Below are positions 8,905-21,700 of a stretch of DNA of 64,000 nucleotides, piece by piece. This DNA is from Lysobacterales bacterium (GTDB lineage: Bacteria > Pseudomonadota > Gammaproteobacteria > Xanthomonadales > SZUA-38), in contig JASJDM010000030.1 in assembly GCA_030065125.1 (NCBI GenBank), positions 10,039 through 74,038 of the forward strand, read 5' to 3'. Positions within the stretch are counted from its first letter, which is position 1. Every line of letters begins with the position of its first letter. The notes below the pieces were generated by a model. It had not been told where the DNA came from. It was given only the letters and a program-made list of their open reading frames with translations, and searched no databases. Both the position numbers and the translations under genes were made by a program.

Positions 8905-9034
8905 GGCTGGCACCTGTAGTTCAGGCCTTAATCAACAGTCGGCCTGAAATGCCTCGCCGTCAATCGGTAGTTTCCAGTCTTGGGTGGAAGATTCGCCGAG
9001 GATGCCGTCGTGCAAGAAGGGCGGGGTGGTCAAG

Positions 9035-10291
9035 CTATCGGCTGACGATGGGCGGAAACATGGCGCTGGGTCGGTCGAAAGAAACCTGCCTGATGTCACT
9101 CCAGGACACGTAGCTTGGCGATTCATCATTGCGCCCCAGGACCAGCATGCCGGCATTGCCGGGTCCCAGGTCGTCCCGGCGCTCCAGGTTCAGGCTTTCA
9201 CCGCTGTGCAGGGTCACGCCCACGTAGTCCCGCCCGGCGTCCCCGCCGCCCTGTTGTATCGACTCGATCATGCCGAAGGGAATGGTGTAGTGAATGCCCC
9301 GGGACGGGGCGTCCAGGGTTTCGACGGAAAGGTGCTCATCCAGGTCGAACACCAGCCGGCCGTTGAGGCGCCGGCCATCGGTCAAAGTCACGCTGCCGGA
9401 CAGTTCCTGGGCGACGGGAAAGTCTCCATAGCCCGGGCCGCTATGCGGGGCGGGGTTGAGATCCAGGCGCTGAAACGCGCCCCAGGAAACCAGCACGCGG
9501 CCGAAGCGAGGGTCGTCCACGTAAATTCCTCGGTTGTTTTCGCCAGCCTCCCGGGTGCCAGACAGTACTACGGTGCTGCCGTCGTTCCGGGTGACTTGTG
9601 AACTCTCGCCGAATCGCTTTTCGATGGACTGGATGGTGTCAAACCGGAGGCTGGTTTTGCTTTTGTTGGCGTGGCCGTCCAGGGTGTCGGTGGCCAGGCA
9701 GGCTTCGCGGTTCCACTGGATATAGCCGGTGAATGCGCCCTCCGCCGTGAACACCGTGCCGTGCAGTCGATCAGGCGCTTCAGCCAGAACCGGCGTCGGG
9801 CGGAACTCGATGCTGCGAATCTTCCACTCGTCAAACCTGTGTTGCTCGTGCCCGTCCCAAAGCTGCAGGCCGTCGGCGAAGTCATCCGCTTCGAATCGGT
9901 CCAGGTTGAATACCAGGTTATTCTTGAGCGTCACGGTCAGGTCGCGGCCGTTGGCTTCGATGGTGGCGATGTCGCCAAAGCGGACCATCAGCGGCCGCGC
10001 CAGGTTCATGGACCGTTCACCGAGTTTCAATCCGAGAATGTGTACCGGACGCTTCTCTACCAGCTGCTCCTGGGGGACCAGTTCAGCCCAGGCATTCCCG
10101 GTTTTGCGGCTGTTGAAGTAGTGGCCCCAGAATGCCTCTTCGGCCTCTCCAAAACGAAGTCGCCCCTGGTGGGTGGTCCCGTCGGTCAAGGTGACGGTGC
10201 CGTAAAGAAACCCCTGGCCGTCGTCTGCCCGCGTGGAGGTCACCAGCAGGAGGCCTGTCAGGAGGGTGAGGATGCAGGAAAGTGTTTTCAT
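9035..10291 (-). CDS. Secreted hypothetical protein with three internal repeats
   Basis: Signal peptide MKTLSCILTLLTGLLLVTSTRA. Repeats start YGTVTLTDGTTHQGRL, HGTVFTAEGAFTGYI and SGSVTLTDGRRLNGRL, each followed by FxxIxS/TIE-like and W...F motifs. Confidence 0.75.
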   Translation of the reverse strand: MKTLSCILTLLTGLLLVTSTRADDGQGFLYGTVTLTDGTTHQGRLRFGEAEEAFWGHYFNSRKTGNAWAELVPQEQLVEKRPVHILGLKLGERSMNLARPLMVRFGDIATIEANGRDLTVTLKNNLVFNLDRFEADDFADGLQLWDGHEQHRFDEWKIRSIEFRPTPVLAEAPDRLHGTVFTAEGAFTGYIQWNREACLATDTLDGHANKSKTSLRFDTIQSIEKRFGESSQVTRNDGSTVVLSGTREAGENNRGIYVDDPRFGRVLVSWGAFQRLDLNPAPHSGPGYGDFPVAQELSGSVTLTDGRRLNGRLVFDLDEHLSVETLDAPSRGIHYTIPFGMIESIQQGGGDAGRDYVGVTLHSGESLNLERRDDLGPGNAGMLVLGRNDESPSYVSWSDIRQVSFDRPSAMFPPIVSR

Positions 10292-10358
10292 TGGACCCAT
10301 GGTTGCCTTTGATTGTAGCAACCAGGTGGCGGAGTTGAGTCAAATCCGGGGCGGCAGG

Positions 10359-11705
10359 TCAGCTCACCTCTGCGCCGGCCCGCTCCAGCATGCGATCCAC
10401 ACATTTCCCACTCTGCTCCACGCAGTCGTTGACGCCAATGCCACGGTAGGCATTGCAGTTCAGGAACAGCCCGGGCAGTTGATCAGCGGATTGGAAAAGA
10501 TTTTCCACCAGGGCCAGGTGGCCGACTCGATAATTCGGAATGCCCCGGGGCCAGGGTTGAACGAATGTGGTGTCCGGGGTTTCAGTGATGCCCATGGTTT
10601 GCTGCACGCCCCGCCGGGCGATCTCCACCAGTTCGTCCGGCTCCTTCAGGGCCAGCTCGGGATTGCGCTGGCCGCCGATCATGACCCGGACGGATTTGCT
10701 GCCCTCGGGGGCCCGGTCGCCGAAGATGGCGCTGTCCCATAACACCCCGAGGATATCCAGCCCGGCCGAGGCCGTGGTAAGCAGGCCAAACCCGTTCAGA
10801 GGATGTGTCAGCTTGTGATAGCCAAAGCCCACCACGGAAATGGGCGAATAGTTGATATGCTCCAGCTGTCCCGCCAGGCCGGCATCAACGGATCGCAGCA
10901 GGTCCGCGCTGACATAGGCGGGAGTCGCCAGCACCACGTTGTCGTAGGGCGCCTCGTCCGATATGCCCTGCAGGCGCCAGCGACCGTCGGCCAGGTCCAG
11001 GGCGGTGACGCTGGCGGACAGCCGCAGGTCATCCCCCATAAGTCCCGCCAGGTGATCGACAAAGCTGCTGACGCCGCCGACAAAGCTCATCAGCACGCCG
11101 CCGGGGCCGGCCTCTTTTTTGCGCTTGGCCAGCATGCCGCGGAACAGCCCGCCATGCTCCCGCTCCAGCTTCACCACCAGCGGGAACGCCGCGTTGACGC
11201 TGAGCTGTTCGGGTGTCGAGCCGAAAATGCCGGCGGACATGGCGTTGAGGAACACGTCGGTGAACTGCGGCCCCAGCCGCCGATCACCAAAACTCTTGAG
11301 GGTCTCTTCTTCGTCGGACTGCCGCGGCTTGATCCAGAATTCCCGGGCCACCCTCAGCTTGCCGCCCAGGGTCAGCAGTTTCGTCTTCAGAAATGCGCCC
11401 GGGCCATCGGGCAAACGATGGATGGCATCGGTGTAGACATAGCGGATTCTGGCCGCATCATTGCTGCGCAGCAGCAGGTGCTCAGCCCCGGCCGCCCGCA
11501 CCAGTTCGCCGGTGGCGGGTTTGTTGTCCAGGTAGCCGTTGCTGCCGCGCTCGAAGATAAAGCCGTCCTGGTGCACGGACCGCATGGTGCCGCCGGGCTG
11601 GGCTTCGCGCTCGTACACGTGGACCGTCCAGTCCGGCTGCTTCTGCCTGAGGAGAAAGGCGGTGGCCAGGCCGCTGATGCCGCCGCCGATAATGGCTGTT
11701 CTCAT
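10359..11705 (-). CDS. hemY: FAD-dependent protoporphyrinogen/coproporphyrinogen oxidase (HemY type)
   Basis: IIGGGISGLATA, ERGSNGYL, GFGLL, LGVLWDSAIFGDRAPEG, RVMIGG, WPRGIPNYRVGH, NAYRGIGVNDC. Confidence 0.88.
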   Translation of the reverse strand: MRTAIIGGGISGLATAFLLRQKQPDWTVHVYEREAQPGGTMRSVHQDGFIFERGSNGYLDNKPATGELVRAAGAEHLLLRSNDAARIRYVYTDAIHRLPDGPGAFLKTKLLTLGGKLRVAREFWIKPRQSDEEETLKSFGDRRLGPQFTDVFLNAMSAGIFGSTPEQLSVNAAFPLVVKLEREHGGLFRGMLAKRKKEAGPGGVLMSFVGGVSSFVDHLAGLMGDDLRLSASVTALDLADGRWRLQGISDEAPYDNVVLATPAYVSADLLRSVDAGLAGQLEHINYSPISVVGFGYHKLTHPLNGFGLLTTASAGLDILGVLWDSAIFGDRAPEGSKSVRVMIGGQRNPELALKEPDELVEIARRGVQQTMGITETPDTTFVQPWPRGIPNYRVGHLALVENLFQSADQLPGLFLNCNAYRGIGVNDCVEQSGKCVDRMLERAGAEVS

Positions 11706-11833
11706 GGCGCAGTTTATCGTCGAACTACGTAACTAATTCAAGTAGTGCAATATACGGCGTTACCATGGCCCTGCTTGCTCTGAATTGTTGGGCGGGTACG
11801 GGCGCGGTGGAAGTTCAGATATTGGGAGTGGTA

Positions 11834-12757
11834 ATGATTCGATTTCTAGCCGGATTCTTGATGCTGTTGATGCTGCTGTCCATTGCGGGGGCCTTTTACC
11901 AGTCCAGCAGTGAATCCAGTGACCTTGCGACGTTCCCGCCACCGGGCCAATTCGTGGATGTGGGTGGCCATCGGCTGCACCTGGTGTGCCAGGGGAGCGG
12001 TGGACCCACCGTGGTACTGGAATCCGGGCTGGGTAATGACGTCAATTTCTGGTCAGAGGTCATACCCCCGGTGGCGAAGTTCACCCGGGTTTGCGCCTAT
12101 GACCGGGCTGGATTGGGCTGGAGCGACGCCGGGCCAATGCCGCGCTCGGCACCTCGAATTGTCGATGAGCTTTCAATTCTGTTGAAGAATTCTGGCGAAG
12201 CACCGCCCTATATCCTGGCCGGCCATTCCAATGGTGGCCCATACGTGCGGTTGTATGCATCAAGCTATCCGGATCGCGTTGCCGGTCTGGTACTGGTGGA
12301 CCCAAACCCGGAGACCAAACCGGGCTGCAGTCCGCTGCCGCAGCCGGCCAGGACAATCTACGGCGTGCTGGTGACCATGGCACCTCTCGGCGCACCCCGG
12401 CTGGCACTGCCGATGCTGTTTCCCCTGGATAACTCACCGCTGAAGCCTGCTGGCAGAAAAGCCCACGGTGCGCTGCGCGCAAGAACCAGCGCGTTGCGGG
12501 CTGTGTGGTCCGAGACGAAACAGACGTGCGACATGCTGGACGCGGTGCGTGCCGCTTCAGCACCGGCGATTCCTACCATCGTGCTTGTGGACCAGCCGGA
12601 TGGGGACTCTGCCCAGTGGCAGCGAGAGATGGCGGACCAGATTGGGGCCCAGGAGGTCATTGTTGCTGACAACACGACACACTGGATACAGCTGGACCGG
12701 CCGGAGCTGGTGGTCGACTCGATCCGCCGCCTGGTTGAACGGGCTGCGCCCCCGTGA
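11834..12757 (+). CDS. Alpha/beta fold hydrolase with N-terminal membrane anchor
   Basis: PPPGQFVDVGGHRLHLVCQGSGGPTVVLESG, YDRAGLGWSD, GHSNGG nucleophile, THWIQLDRPE His motif. Confidence 0.88.
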   Translation: MIRFLAGFLMLLMLLSIAGAFYQSSSESSDLATFPPPGQFVDVGGHRLHLVCQGSGGPTVVLESGLGNDVNFWSEVIPPVAKFTRVCAYDRAGLGWSDAGPMPRSAPRIVDELSILLKNSGEAPPYILAGHSNGGPYVRLYASSYPDRVAGLVLVDPNPETKPGCSPLPQPARTIYGVLVTMAPLGAPRLALPMLFPLDNSPLKPAGRKAHGALRARTSALRAVWSETKQTCDMLDAVRAASAPAIPTIVLVDQPDGDSAQWQREMADQIGAQEVIVADNTTHWIQLDRPELVVDSIRRLVERAAPP

Positions 12758-12764
12758 TGAGCAA

Positions 12765-15700
12765 CTAGGGCTGGATCACCAGTGCCGGATCACCCAGCAG
12801 GGCGTAACCCAGGATCACGTCTTCCCGGCCGGGGTGAGCCGCGGCCATGGTCTGCTTGGCCTGGAGGATCGCTTCACCCAGGGTGACGCCGGGGGTCAGC
12901 ACCAGGGGCAGGCTGAGGTTGCTCAGCAGCTGCTCCGAGGACAGGCGGGTCAGGGATACCGGGCCCAGTACTGCAGCGGCGCCGTAGTCACCACCCACCA
13001 GGAATCGATGGGACAGGGTGTCCGCCTGGGGCGACACGTAGTACGTGTTCCAGCAGCCCCACTGGTTGACCACTGTGGGCAGCCCCGCGTTGGACAGCGT
13101 ATCGATGTCGTTGGACGTCAACAGCCGGTCGGTGCGTCCCCATTCGGTGAATCCGGAATGGCCGAAGTAGTTGGTCAGGGCCGCTCCGGCCTCAATGCCC
13201 GACAGGATCTGCTGCTGAGCCTGGGCCGGCGTGATCTCGTCCAGGTAGGCGCTGGTGATTTCCCAGCCCTGGAGCAGTTCCGTGGCAATGTCGTCGCTGA
13301 TGGCGCTGAAAGGCGTCAGCGGCTCGGCCTTGTCAGCGGCAAACACCGCGGTCAGGTCGTATTCCTTGGTGGCGTATTGCAGGGTCTTGCTGATCATCCA
13401 GTCCAGTTCCTGCAGGGTTCGCACCGGGAAGCGACCGATGGCAACGTCGGGCACCATGTCGCCGGTGTAGTCAGCCAGCACCGCGTCCAGCGGGGCGTAG
13501 CGCACCACCTCGTGGACCTGGCCGTAGACCGAGGGGATGAAGCTCAGCGACCCAAGGCCCAGGTAATCCTGGTAGTCGTAGGAGTCGCCGCCCACCAGCA
13601 GCACGAAACGCGCGCCCAGGTGCCCGGCCGCCACGGTGATGTAGCGCTTGATGGCCAGAGGATCCACCATGCCGTGACCGTAGCGCTGGTACAGGTCATT
13701 GACGTTGACCACCTTGACGCTCAGGCCGTTCCGGGTGTGGTGGTCGACCAGCGGCGACAGCCCGTTGGTGAAGGCCGGGTGGGTGATGACCAGGTAGTCT
13801 GCCGACTCGGTGTCCAGGCTCTGGTCGAACACCACGGGCGTCGGCTGGACAGGAACCAGGGCATCCGCCTGGGAGATCACGTAGGACCTCGCATCCAGCC
13901 CCCCCGGAACCTGCAGGTCGTAGCCCGCGCCATCCGGCGAAGTGGTGGCGTCGGGCAGCCAGACTGGTCCGGTTTCGGTGATGGCGTAGGCCACCACGTC
14001 GCTGGACGTCAGGCCGCTGACCACGAACGAGGCGTCGGGCAGGTCCTCGAAGGTCGCCCGGAACAGGGTATCGGGAGAAGGTGTCGGCGCTTCCGCGCGC
14101 CAGTCGCCGGCGGTATTTACGTCCAGTTCCCCGGCACCATCGATGGTCAGGTCAGTGGTGTAACTCAGGGCAACCGATTCAACGTTGACCAGGTCGAACA
14201 GGGCACCGGTATCTCCCGGCAGGCGAACCGTGACGGTGTTGTCGCCGTCCAGCAGCAGCCCCTCGGCCACGCTGGCTTCGATAGTCGCCGGGGTCAGGCC
14301 GTCCAGGAACAGCTCGGCCACCTGGGTGCCGTTGACCAGGACCTCCACGTGGTGGTCTGGGTTTTCGGCCAGGTCCGTGACGCCCCACAGTTCCACGGTC
14401 AGGGTGGCGCCGCCGCTGCTGCGATCGCTCAAGTCCAGCGCAAACTCGGCCTGGTCGGGCCCGCCGAAGGAGAACAGATCTTCCAGGAACCAGGGGTCAC
14501 CATTGGGCGAGGCAAAACTGTACTGCCGGTTATGGTCCATGACCAGGCTGCGCGTCTGGCTGGCCTCGGCATCTGGCGTGGTGGCCAGGGATTCCAGCGT
14601 GTCCATGCGGGCCGCCATACCAGGATCCAGCAAGACCCGGTAGACGTTGTCGCTGCTGTACAGGCTGTCCCGCGGCTGACCGATAAACTCGATGAATTCA
14701 CCGGGGCCGAAGGAGTTCCCGGAAAGGCGCAGCGGGATCGGTTTTCCGGCCAGGGTCACGGCCAGCTGATCGACGCTGGCGCCATTGACGGGCAGGCCGG
14801 CAGACTCCAGCTGCTCATAGCTGACCCGGACCACGCCGCGCTGATTCACCGACAGGTTGACCGCGTCCGCGCTGCCGGGCAATCCCAGCGGTACCTCTTC
14901 AAGCTGCGTGCGTTCCAGGCTGTCCCGGATGCTGCTCCAGTCAATGGTCGCCGGCGGTCGGTCATCGCCGTACAGCCGGCCCAGCTCGAAAGGCCCGTGC
15001 AGTGTTTCATTGCCCTTGATGTCGATGTCCGACAGCCAGAGCTGATCGTTCAGGATGCCCGGAAGTTCCAGGCTGTACTGCTGCCACTCGGTGGAATCCA
15101 CCACCCGGGAGGGCACCAGGCTGTGCAGGCGTCGCATGCCGGTGCCGTCGGCTCCGTAGATGAAGAATCCGACATTGCCGGTTTCCGTGGCCGTGCCCCA
15201 GCGCAGGCTCAAGCCGCCGCCTGATACCTCGGCCCGGAAGTAGGCCAGGGTCACGGGAGTGGTGGTGACGCCGCCGTTGTAGAACCCGAAGTCCAGTTCG
15301 GTGACGGCCGTTCCGGCAACGCTGCTGCCGGCCGGCTGCACGCCCAGGGTCAGGGCCTGGGTCGTCTGGAAATAGCCCTCCAGCCTCGAGCCGGTGGCAT
15401 CGGTTCCCAGGATGTAGTCGCCGGGCGGCAGATTGTCGAACAGGTAGTCACCGCCGGCGTCGGTCACCGTCATGCCGAACACCGGGTCGTCCGGATCCAG
15501 CAGGCCGTCACCATCCAGGTCACGATACAGCACAACGGCCACGCCGCCCACGTCCGGCTCTCCGGGGTTGTCCACACCGTCGTTGCTGATGTCTTCGAAC
15601 ACGGTGCCCGCCAGGCTGATGGCCGCCGGGGCGGTCACCCCAAAGTCGGCATACAGCGGGTTCTGGTTGGCCGGGGTGATGGACAGCGGCAGGGGACTGG

Positions 15701-18700
15701 GCTGGGCGTTATCGTTCAGCCCTGGCGTGCCGGCGGTGGGCACGGTGCCTTCCAGGACGGATCCGGCGCCGAAATCGGCCGGGGCCAGCCGCACCAGGTA
15801 ATCCTCCTGGGCCACGCCGCCAAACTCGTACTCGCCGTTGACGTCGGTGGTTTCGGTGCGGATCAGGTTGTCGATACCCGGGGTGATGATGTTGTCGTTG
15901 TTGACGTCCAGCCACAGCTCCACCGTTACGCCCTCGATGCCGGACTCGCCGGTCTCGCGGACACCATTGCCGTTGACGTCATGGAACACCTGGTCTCCGA
16001 TGGACCCCTGGTCGGATGCCGGTGAGAAGCCGAAGTCCGCGCCGTTGAAATCCTGTCCCGACGCCAGGCTGATGGTGCCCGGGGCAGTAGCGGTGGGGTT
16101 GAGGCCGGACAGTACGCCGCCGGTGTCGGACAGGCGAACCTGGTAGTCGCCCGGACCCAGGCCGGTAAAGTCATACTGACCGTTGCCGTCGGTGACAGCG
16201 CTGGCGGACACCACGTCATCGGCAGTTCCGAACACGCCGTCAACACCAGGTTCCACGAGGTCTACGGTGACGCCGCCGATGCCTCCCTCGCCGGCATCCT
16301 GGGTGCCGTCGCCATCACTGTCGAGGAACACAGTGTCGCCGATGGAACCCAGCGGGCTCAGAGGCTGGAATCCCCAGTCCAGCAGCACGTAGGCAGTATC
16401 CGACAGGGCGGTAAGCTGGTAGGTCTCCAGGGCGTTGGTGGGGGCGGTGTTGAATCCGGCCGGCAGCGTGGATACATCCACCGTCACGAAGTAATCATCA
16501 GCGGGCAGTCCGGTAAAGGCATAGTTGCCGTTGCCGTCGGTCACCGCGCCGACTTCCAGGTCGTCACCGGTGCCCAGCTGGCCGTCCGCTCCGGCGCCCA
16601 CCAGGTTGATGGTGACACCGGCCAGCCCGGCCTCGCCGGGGTCTTCCACGCCGTCGCCGTCGGCGTCGATCCACACACGGTCACCGATCAGCGCAGTCGC
16701 CGTATCAGGCCGGTAGCCGAAATCCACCGTGTCCACGTTATCTCCGGCGCCCAGAGCAATCACCGCGCTGGGATCGGTCAGGCCGGTGGTCAGCGAGAGA
16801 CCCGCCGGAACACTGGCGTCTGCCACGTCCACGAAGTAACGTCCCGCCGGCAGATTCTTGAAATCGAAGTTGCCCAGCTGATCGGTCACCGTAGTGTCGA
16901 AGAGCAGGTCGTCACCGGTGCCGGCCAGGCCGTCAGGGCCGGCGTCGAACAGCTGCAGGGTAACCCCGCCAATACCGGGTTCGCCGGCTTCCTGAACGCC
17001 GTCGCCGTCTGCGTCCAGCCAGACAAAGTCACCCAGGCTGGCGCTGCCGCGGAAAGGGGCATAGCCAAAATCCAGGTCGGTGATATCGTTTCCGGCGCTG
17101 ACCGAGACGTTGATGTTGTCCAGACCGCTGGTCAGCCGGTAGTCGCCCAGCACGTTGTCACGGTCCGTAACCTCAACGCGGAAATCCCCATCCGGCACGT
17201 CCGGGAACTGATAGTCGCCATTGGCGTCCGTGATGGCGGTCGCGATGAGCAGGTCGTCGGCGGTTCCAAGGATGCCGTCGGGTCCGGCCGCATACAGTTC
17301 GATGGTGACGCCCGGGAAACCGCCTTCACCGGCGCCGTCATCGACGCCATCCCGGTCCAGATCCTCGAACACGTTGCCAGAGATGTCGGCCAGCGCGCTG
17401 TTCTGGAATCCGTAGTCCGCGGTGAGAACGCCGCCGTTGCCGCCGCTGAGCACCACGTCGATCTGGGCACCGCTGGCGTTGGCCCCGCCCTGGGAGTCAC
17501 CGGTGGTGAGGACCGCGCCGGCCAGTGCAGGCTGGGCCGGATCCAGCGAGGTGAAGTAGGTGCCGAATGGCAGGCCGCGGAAGCCGTAGATGCCGCCGCC
17601 GTCGGTCTGGGCATTGTTCACCGGGGTATCGACCGTGCTGTCGAAGACGAAGTCGCCGTTGTCGCGGAACAGGCTGACATCGACGCCGGGAATCAGCGAC
17701 TCACCGGGGTCGCGCACGCCGTTGCCGTTGGCGTCGGAGAACACCTCGTCGCCGATCAGGCCGGGCTGGTTGAAGCCAAAGCTGTCGTTGTCCACGTCAA
17801 AGCCGGCCACGGTGACGCTGGTGACCCGGTTACGGGCGGCGGTGGTGGTGCCGCCGCGGCCGGACAGGTTGCCCAGCAGGTCGCTCAGCACGATCTGGTA
17901 GTCGCCGTCGGGCACGCCGCTGAACGTGATGTTGCCGTCCGGGTCGGTCACGGTGGTGGCCACCACGTTGCCGGAGCTGTCCACCAGGTTCACGGTAATC
18001 CCGGCAATGCCCTCCTCGGTGGACTCGCGCAGGCCGTTGCCGTCGGGGTCGAACCAGATACTGTCGGTGATTGTGGCCAGGAAAGGGTTGTTATAACCGA
18101 AGTCCACCTCGGTGAGGGTGTCGCCAGCATTGACGGTAAACGGCAAGCTCAGGTTGCCACCGGTGGTGGAGCTGTATCCCGCCAGGGCGCCGCCGGTGTC
18201 GGTGACCGCCACGGTATAGGTGCCAGGCGGAACGCCGGTGAACAGGTAGCTGCCGTCCGGGCCTGTAGTGGTGGTCGCTATCACCGCACCGGTATCGGCA
18301 TTGCGCAGTTCCAGGGTGACGCCGGCAATGCCGGGTTCGCCCGGATCCTGGATGCCGTCCCCATCGGCATCCGAGAACACCTGGTCTCCAACCACCGCAG
18401 TACCCGCCTGGGGCACGTAGCCGAAGTCGGCGTTCAGGAACTGCTCGGTGCCGGTGACCAGGAAAGGTCCAGCCGGGTTGCTGCTGGCAGGACCAGCCTG
18501 CAGCCCAGCGGGCAAGGTGGAGACGCCCACCCGGGTCTGGTAGCTGCCCGTGGGAAGGTTGGCGAACAGGTAGCCGCCGTTGAGGTCGGTCTGCTGGCTG
18601 TCCAGCACCACGTCATCGCCGTTGCCGAAGATGCCGTCCGGGCCCGGCCCCACCAGTTCCACGGTAACGTTGGGCAGGCCGGCCTCACCCAGGTCGAAAA

Positions 18701-21700
18701 TGCCGTCGCCGTCGGCGTCGAGCCAGACGCTGTCTCCGATCTGGCCGCCGAAGGGCCGCACCGGATCCAGCACCTCGGCCACCGTGGGCACGCTCTGGTC
18801 GGAGTCGGCTGAGGCCAGGTTGCGGATGGCCAGGATGTTGGAATCCAGCGGGTCGTTGACCTGGACATCGAAGGTAACGGTCATCGTCTGGCCGGGATCC
18901 AGCACCAGGTTGTCCAGGGTGGTGACCAGGTTGGCCGGGTCACCGTCATCCAGTTCGTTGGTGCCGACGCCATCGTTGTCCAGGGTGACGGGGCCGGTCG
19001 TGGCGCCCTCTATCCGTACGTTGTCAATGCTGACGCTTTCTGTGCCGCGGAATCCGGCCGCGCGGAAGCGGACCAGGGTGGAGGAGGTCAGGAATGCCGC
19101 GGGTATGGGTACGGTAATGGTGCCGTTGTTGTTATCCGGGTCACCGCCCACCGGCAGGGTACCGCCAGGCGTGGTATCCAGCTCCACGTAGCTGCTGCCG
19201 CCATCGTTGGAGACGTCCACCCACAGGCAGTCGTCCACGTTGCCGAAGTCCTCGCCGTTCGTGCCGGGGGTGCAGGCCTCGGTGTTACCGTCAAAGTCAA
19301 AGTCGAAGGTCACCGTGGCGCTGTCCAGCCCGGCCAGGTTCACCTCGCGAATCAGGGCGTCGAAGTCCTCAATGCCGTCATCCGAATCCGGCCGGTCGAA
19401 GTTGAGCTCGCCGCCAGCGATAAAGACGTCACCCGCGGTTGGGCCGTTGGTGGTCACAGTAAACGGTGGCCCACCATTGCGCTCTTCCTCGGTCCAGCTG
19501 TCACCCCCGAGCCCCCCGGGGCTCCCGGCTCCCCAGGTGGAGGCGCACAACGGTTGCGAGCCGTTGTTGGTGTTGCCGTAGGACTGGGTGGTGAAGTCGT
19601 CGCAGTACTCCACCGCCACCGAGCGGAAGCCTTCCACCACCGTGGAGTTCGCTATGTAGCTGGTGCCCAGGGGCAGGGGGTCCAGGATCCGGATGCCGGT
19701 ATGGCGGACGATGTCGTTGTTGGTCAGGGTCAGCGTGTAGGTAATGGTCTCGCCCGGGGTAACCTCGGCGTTGGCGCTGGAAGTCTTGACCAGGCTGAGT
19801 GGACCCATGACCACGGGAACGGCGGCGGTATCGGAGACAATGAAGTCTTCGCCATCGCCGGTGGTGCCACTGACCTCGGCGACGTTGATGACGCTGCCGG
19901 GGAAATCACTGGCCTGGACGGTGTAGCTGGCGTTGATGGTGACCGTTTCGCCGGGCGCCAGCAGCCGATTGCCGCTGGCATCGGTTTCGCTCCCGAGTTC
20001 GAACAGGCTGAGCGCATCCTCTGCCCTCACAGTGTCACAGTAGACCGCAGCCTTGTAATACTTGCCCTGCCAGTCCTGGGTGGTATCCGTGGGCAGGACA
20101 GCCGTGCTGAGCTGATTGCCGAAGCCGAACCGGTAGTTGGTGCTCCAGTCGCTGAAGCCTCCAGTCGCACCGAGGCTGGCGGTGTCCACCGCGATGCCAT
20201 CCTGGTACAGGGTGACGGCACCGGATTCTTCCACCACGGCCAGCAGGTGAGTCAGGTCGGTGGAAACCGAGGCGGCGCCGGTGGTCAGGGTTCCCGTGGT
20301 GCCGCCGGTGGTGCTGATCTCGAAGCCAAACTGGTCGTTATCCTGGTAAAGGCTGAAAAACACATCATTATTGCCGCCATCGGACAGGGTCATGATTCGC
20401 GCCGGTCCGCTCTGGAAGGCGCCCGGTGCCTGGACCCAGGCCTCCACGGCCAGCCTGCCTTCGGCCTGGCACTCGCCGGCGATCTTGGCGGTCGATGAGC
20501 TGTCGCCTGAGATCCGGGTAGCCGCGCCGCTGATGTCAATACGCTCGGGATCCAGTTCGTAAGTCACCGGTGAGGGATCTTCGATGGTGAGATCCTGGGC
20601 GGTCAGGAAACCGGACCGGTCGCGAATAACCAACGGATCCGGGCCCTGGCTGAAATCGTACAGCGCCACCGCATCCGGGAACTGGTCGGGGAAGCTGAAC
20701 ATTCCGATCTTGTCGTCTACCAGCTGGTTCAGGATCACCGGCTCGGGGGAAATGTTGGTGACGTCGTAGGTGTAGTTGATCACACCGCCCACGGGGGCCT
20801 CGGTGACGTCGGGCGTTTTGACCACCGACAGCGGCAGCACGCTGAACGTGGTTTCGGTGGTGGTGGTGTTATAGCTGCCCACCTCCCAGCTGTCGGTGTA
20901 ATCGGCCCGCACCGTGTTGGTGAACGGGAAGCTGGCCAGCGGATCGATGGTCACCGATAGCTGCACGCTGCCGGACTCGCCCGCCAGCACCGTCTGGTCG
21001 ATATTGAAGGTCACCACGCCGCCGGTTTCCGAGCAGGTGCCGGTGTATGGCGCGTCGATCTGGCAGGACACGTAGTTCAGGTCCGCCGGCAGGGTGTCGG
21101 TGAGGACCAGGTTGCGTGCGGCGCCCGGCTTCAGGTCATCGTCCGAGATGTTTTCGAAGGAAATGCTGTAGGTTAGCGGATCGCCGGGAGCGGCGGCCAC
21201 GACCTGGTCATCCTTGATCAGCTCGATCACCGGAATCGGTGGGATCTGGTTGAACTGCGGCACGTCCTCCTGGCCGTCCTGGGCCAGCTGGTTGTTGGAG
21301 CTCAGGCAGGACACGATGGCCCACCACCCGGCATCGGGGTTGTCGATGATGTCGCCGTCCCGGGTGGTCTGGGTGCCGTTATTGTTCCAGGTGGTGCCTC
21401 CGGACACGGTACCGGCGATGCCGCCGATCAGGCCGTTGGGGTCCACCGGACTCAGCGGCGGGTAGTAGGTCACCCGGGTGTTGCCGTCCATGTCGAAGTT
21501 GTTGAACATGATGGATGGCTCACCCTCAGGGACAAACTCATACAGGGTGTTGCACTGAACGCCGCCGGTATCCTGCTGGAACGAGTACTGGTACAGGCCC
21601 ACCAGCAGCTCATCGTCGGATCCGGGGACCAGGTCGGGATCGTCCCAGTTGGCCGGGAACGGATTATTGGGGTCGGCGTCATTATCCAGGCCCACCCGCA

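Noticed and set aside
12468-15224. 918-aa plus-strand ORF antisense to the C25 giant (likewise 23481-25325, 41904-44072, 48084-49475, 53756-55852, 56196-57674)
   Set aside because: Shadow ORFs expected opposite GC3-rich genes; no recognisable motifs; they fully overlap well-supported genes.
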